Source: a virus
IMG/VR virus record: IMGVR_UViG_3300020171_000004
Location: 1,810-65,809 of that record
DNA: 64,000 nt
Direction: 5' to 3' (one strand)
In this document: one piece after another, positions 60,837 to 64,000 of the stretch
How positions within the stretch are numbered: position 1 is the stretch's first letter
Layout: each line of letters opens with the position of its first letter
Made by a program: the position numbers and the translations under genes
Notes under the pieces: generated by a model
What the model was told of the DNA's origin: nothing
The model's input: the letters and a program-made list of their open reading frames with translations, nothing else
The model's database searches: none

Positions 60837-62402
60837 CTATTTCTCTTGATAATCATGTCTTTCAATAATGTCTTCACCATGACTATAAGTATTGGTTTCT
60901 GATAAAGATAGTTGTTCACTATGATTATAACTATCACTACGAGTTTCTCCATGACTCCATGACTCGCCTTTTGATTCACTACCATTATAACTTAAACCAG
61001 CCGAAGCATTTACAGCACCATAAGCTGAAGCCATTGCCTGCATTGCAATGTTGGCCATATCAGCAGACACTTTTTCCCTAAGACTATATTCAGCTGTATA
61101 TCCTTGAACAGATGCTTCAGCTGCTGCAATAGCTGCACGAAGATCAGCATCTGCATCCTTAATTTTTAGTTCATATTCAGCAATGATATTTTTCTGATTC
61201 TCTGTAATAGCTTTAGTTTCAGCCTCATACCCCATAACTTCAACTTTATATACTTCAGTAATTGCCTCATTTCGCTTTGATTTGGAAGTAACTAAAATAC
61301 CATATGCCTCAGCTTCAGCAGCAAAACCAGCTATAAGACCTTTATTTGCTTCAATAACTGCCTTAAGGTTTTCAACCTGAACTTCAACATACATCTTATT
61401 AGCTTCTGCTGTAGCAATATATGCTCTTATTTGCTCTGCATAAATAGCAATAGCATTTGCAGCTACAGCCTTAGAATAATCAAGAGAACGATCATTCTTT
61501 TTACTATTATAATCTCTAAGTAAAGCTTCAAGTCCTTTAGCAGCATCAATTACGAACTGTTGATTTTTCTGGGCAAGTTCAGCCTGCTCAATCATTATCT
61601 TGCCACTAGCTTCAAGATTATTTGCAGCAATAACATTAGCTTGTTCCTGTAATCTTCCAGCCAGAGCACCAGTAGGAAGATCAAAACCACGGGAAGAAAA
61701 ATACTCTTCGATCTCTCGATATTTTGCATCATTATCTACTGATGTTCTTGCTAAATATCTATCATATATCTCCTGTTCAACAGTTCCACCAAGACCACCT
61801 GCACCACTATTTAAATCAGCAATCAGTTTATCATAAAGAATAGTATATAATGAATCATCGTAAGCTGTTTCAAACCAAGATATTGCTGCTGTTATATCTG
61901 CAGGAAGTTCAAGTGGGAGAATAGCTGAAAGATCAACAGATGGTATTGCATTCAATCCTGGAAATGGTGTATCAAATGTAGGGAAGTCAAGATCAAGAGT
62001 TGCCTCAAATGTTGGAGCTGTAACAATCGTTGTCCCCATATCAGGAACTGTTACATTATTATATACAATAGCATCTATGTCAGTAGTAGGAAATGTATTA
62101 ATGATAGATTCAAGTGTAGTTAAATATCCAGTCGAAGCTGATATTTGTCTAGGAACATTTACCCATTCTAATGTATCATAATTCCATACCCAATAATCAA
62201 CAGTCTCACCAGTACTCCCAAGAAGTTTAGCAAGCATCTCCTTAGCTGTAAACATGGTTTCAGAGAATTTATCACTTACCAGTTGATATGGGGAGTTGGG
62301 CGTTACATCATTCGCGCCACCCCATGATCCTTCGGATTGAATCTTCTCAGGGTTATCGACTATTATCAGATTATTTATTGGATTACTTACAAATGTTCCC
62401 AT
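60837..62402 (-). CDS. hypothetical late structural protein, 521 aa, with an Ala-rich coiled-coil C-terminal half
   Basis: Long ORF. Residues about 270-470 are heptad-like (AAKGLEALLRDYN ... AEASVQGYTAEYS). Confidence 0.75.
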   Translation of the reverse strand: MGTFVSNPINNLIIVDNPEKIQSEGSWGGANDVTPNSPYQLVSDKFSETMFTAKEMLAKLLGSTGETVDYWVWNYDTLEWVNVPRQISASTGYLTTLESIINTFPTTDIDAIVYNNVTVPDMGTTIVTAPTFEATLDLDFPTFDTPFPGLNAIPSVDLSAILPLELPADITAAISWFETAYDDSLYTILYDKLIADLNSGAGGLGGTVEQEIYDRYLARTSVDNDAKYREIEEYFSSRGFDLPTGALAGRLQEQANVIAANNLEASGKIMIEQAELAQKNQQFVIDAAKGLEALLRDYNSKKNDRSLDYSKAVAANAIAIYAEQIRAYIATAEANKMYVEVQVENLKAVIEANKGLIAGFAAEAEAYGILVTSKSKRNEAITEVYKVEVMGYEAETKAITENQKNIIAEYELKIKDADADLRAAIAAAEASVQGYTAEYSLREKVSADMANIAMQAMASAYGAVNASAGLSYNGSESKGESWSHGETRSDSYNHSEQLSLSETNTYSHGEDIIERHDYQEK

Positions 62403-62510
62403 GACTTATCTCCAGCCCAGGCCAGGAGCCTCGGCAAATATATTTATTGAATTAACTGAGAAGTAAGCACCAGTTGTATCACTTAGATTTATTTTTATTA
62501 TTTGCATGAT

Positions 62511-62846
62511 CTATTTTTTTATAATTATCTGCACTTCATAATTTTCATGGCCGACAAATATTTCTTTGATACTGGGCTTTGATTCAGTGAGGTGTGCGTA
62601 TTCCATTAGGGCGGCCTGTATCTTGCGCTCTGCTATCTCCAATGGCGGCATGGGTGCAGCCGCTTCTTTCTTGTCTTGCCGCTTTATAAATCCTATAAAA
62701 TCTTCAGGAACTATTCGCAAGGAAGTGAAGCCCTCCTCTCCTTTGCGCTTTCGTTCCATTGCCACATCCATACTTAATAATTCATGGCTGACCAAAATAT
62801 ACTTGTCACTCCCTATCGGCTGGCCTACTAAATAATAAGTTTTCAA
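62511..62846 (-). CDS. hypothetical protein, 111 aa
   Basis: ATGA-type overlap with the upstream gene. GC-richer than the backbone. Confidence 0.6.
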   Translation of the reverse strand: MKTYYLVGQPIGSDKYILVSHELLSMDVAMERKRKGEEGFTSLRIVPEDFIGFIKRQDKKEAAAPMPPLEIAERKIQAALMEYAHLTESKPSIKEIFVGHENYEVQIIIKK

Positions 62847-63970
62847 AATGGGAACCTCAGATATTTGAAGTTGTCATTAAATTGGGTCTTTACTAAAAGT
62901 TCAGTCGTTACATCCCTATCATTTATGGTTATTTTCTTCCTCTCTGTGGGGTCCCCATTTATAGTATATGTTAGACCCTTTATAACAAGCCCGTCGACAT
63001 TGTTGTCCCATGCAATAAAAGAGGAGGACCCAATAGCATCAGTAACAGCAAATGGATGAATGATTGCTGATGGTGTCGTGGTGCTGTAAGGGACCGCCGT
63101 CCCTCCGGTGCCGCAGTAGCTATAAGCCGTGCCAAGAAAGTTACAATACGTCGGGGACTGTGTTGCTGTGAAACTGTTAGTGTAGTCGTGTGATACGCCA
63201 TTATTGTTGCTCACACCTTTATTAATAACTCCACCAATAACCCCGGCACTCTCATTTTTATTAGATTCGTTCCATAGATTATTTATAGTTGTTGTTTGTG
63301 TTGATAATATGCAAATTGTGTAGGCTGGGGCGCAACCCCCGTAACATGGGTTGTTTGTAATTACATGCGCCTTCGTATTTCCCTCGTATGTCTTTGTCTC
63401 TTCCCACCCTATTGTGGAGTTTAAAGCTATCCCCACGGTGGTAATATCTTGGGTTAGTAAGTTGTCGGCGCACCGATAAGAGTCCCACGCGTACCAGTAC
63501 GTTGCTAACCTATCAAACTTTCGTATCCGGATACAGTCTGGGTGATAGGCACAATTATAATAACAGTAGTATGCTAGATTGACGTCAGCGCACTGGGGAT
63601 CGCTGTTATCAACAAGTTGTACGCCATCATCTACATAAGTAAGGTATGTGCAATACCCTGGCTGGTTTATAAGTCCCGATTGAGGGTCTGTCTCTGCTCC
63701 ATGATGGACCCTTGCTTCAAATATCCCTACAAAATCTCCATTGATAATCGTGAACCCAATCGAACACTTCGCTGCTGCTGAAATAGTTCCTGTGAAAATA
63801 TCAACCGTGGCATAACTGTAAATAGTCTTTCCATCCCCTCCAATTGTTTCAGTGTATAACCCCCAGATTGTCCCTGTATGGTCAACGTAGGCCGACTTGA
63901 CGTTATACGCTGGGGTGTAACTTCCAGTTGATTCCAGCACCCACAAGCTGTCACTCCTATAACCCTCCAT
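62843..63970 (-). CDS. Cys-rich, GC-rich late protein, 375 aa (receptor-binding or tail-tip candidate)
   Basis: About 16 Cys residues, including CYYNCAYHPDC and CYGGCAPAYTIC. No signal peptide. Its composition resembles the 5.9-9.6 kb island. Confidence 0.7.
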   Translation of the reverse strand: MEGYRSDSLWVLESTGSYTPAYNVKSAYVDHTGTIWGLYTETIGGDGKTIYSYATVDIFTGTISAAAKCSIGFTIINGDFVGIFEARVHHGAETDPQSGLINQPGYCTYLTYVDDGVQLVDNSDPQCADVNLAYYCYYNCAYHPDCIRIRKFDRLATYWYAWDSYRCADNLLTQDITTVGIALNSTIGWEETKTYEGNTKAHVITNNPCYGGCAPAYTICILSTQTTTINNLWNESNKNESAGVIGGVINKGVSNNNGVSHDYTNSFTATQSPTYCNFLGTAYSYCGTGGTAVPYSTTTPSAIIHPFAVTDAIGSSSFIAWDNNVDGLVIKGLTYTINGDPTERKKITINDRDVTTELLVKTQFNDNFKYLRFPF

Positions 63971-64000
63971 GCTTCGGCCATAAACAACATAATTTATAAA

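Noticed and set aside
62406-62507. A 33-aa minus-strand ORF filling the gap between 62511..62846 and 60837..62402.
   Set aside because: It fits the spacing, but it has no SD-like sequence and no recognisable feature, so the support is too weak to list as a gene.
1-64000. That the window is a closed circular permutation (position 1 joining position 64000).
   Set aside because: The truncated gene at 210-1 would read in frame through the reverse complement of 64000-63971 straight into the ATG at 63970 with no stop codon. So more genome must lie between the ends.
1-64000. A lysogeny module (integrase, CI/Cro-type switch, excisionase).
   Set aside because: No tyrosine or serine recombinase motifs were seen in any frame. 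The RHH proteins alone do not establish a temperate lifestyle.

Overview
The window looks like most of an AT-rich, double-stranded DNA tailed-phage genome. It is not closed within the window, because a gene runs off the left edge. All domain names below come from reading motifs in the supplied translations from memory. No database search was possible.

There are three transcription blocks:
- **Block 1 (1-19441, minus strand):** a late operon. Reading from 19441 down, it encodes small and large terminase, portal, a DUF2829 (Tad2-like) protein, a GroES-like co-chaperonin, scaffold, major capsid, a GC-rich island of three signal-peptide-bearing fibre, lectin and beta-helix proteins, an unusually complex lysis cassette, and more virion genes.
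- **Block 2 (20252-51597, plus strand):** an early and replication block of about 75 genes. It is driven by four near-consensus sigma70-type promoters in the divergent region 19.9-20.6 kb. It encodes ribbon-helix-helix (RHH) regulators, many small zinc-ribbon proteins, a UvrD-like helicase, a YopX-like protein, two HNH endonucleases, a Cas4/RecB-like nuclease, an AAA_24-type ATPase, a DUF669-like protein, an NAD-dependent ligase, a ParB-methyltransferase fusion, a family-A DNA polymerase with an N-terminal uracil-DNA-glycosylase (UDG)-like domain, a P-loop helicase-like protein, an archaeo-eukaryotic-type (AEP) primase, two DEDD exonucleases and a truncated ThyX-like protein.
- **Block 3 (51673-63970, minus strand):** a second late block dominated by a 2455-aa multidomain protein with a PARP/diphtheria-toxin-type ADP-ribosyltransferase (ART) signature and an HExxH motif.

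I saw no integrase, RNA polymerase, tRNA, rRNA, CRISPR array, tail tube or tape measure.

The items most worth a second look are:
- The 650-bp coding-free, repeat-dense, A+C-skewed island at 21.4-22.0 kb, together with two related islands.
- The giant polyvalent-type protein.
- The Sec-signal-bearing receptor-binding-like trio in a GC-rich island next to the lysis genes.
- The duplicated zinc-ribbon plus lipoprotein modules, one carrying an in-frame TGA.
- The Tad2-like fusion inside the head module.
- The UDG-PolA, mini-ThyX and deoxyribosyltransferase-like set.
- Two homopolymer frameshift sites.

I cannot tell from sequence alone which of these, if any, is a genuinely new system.
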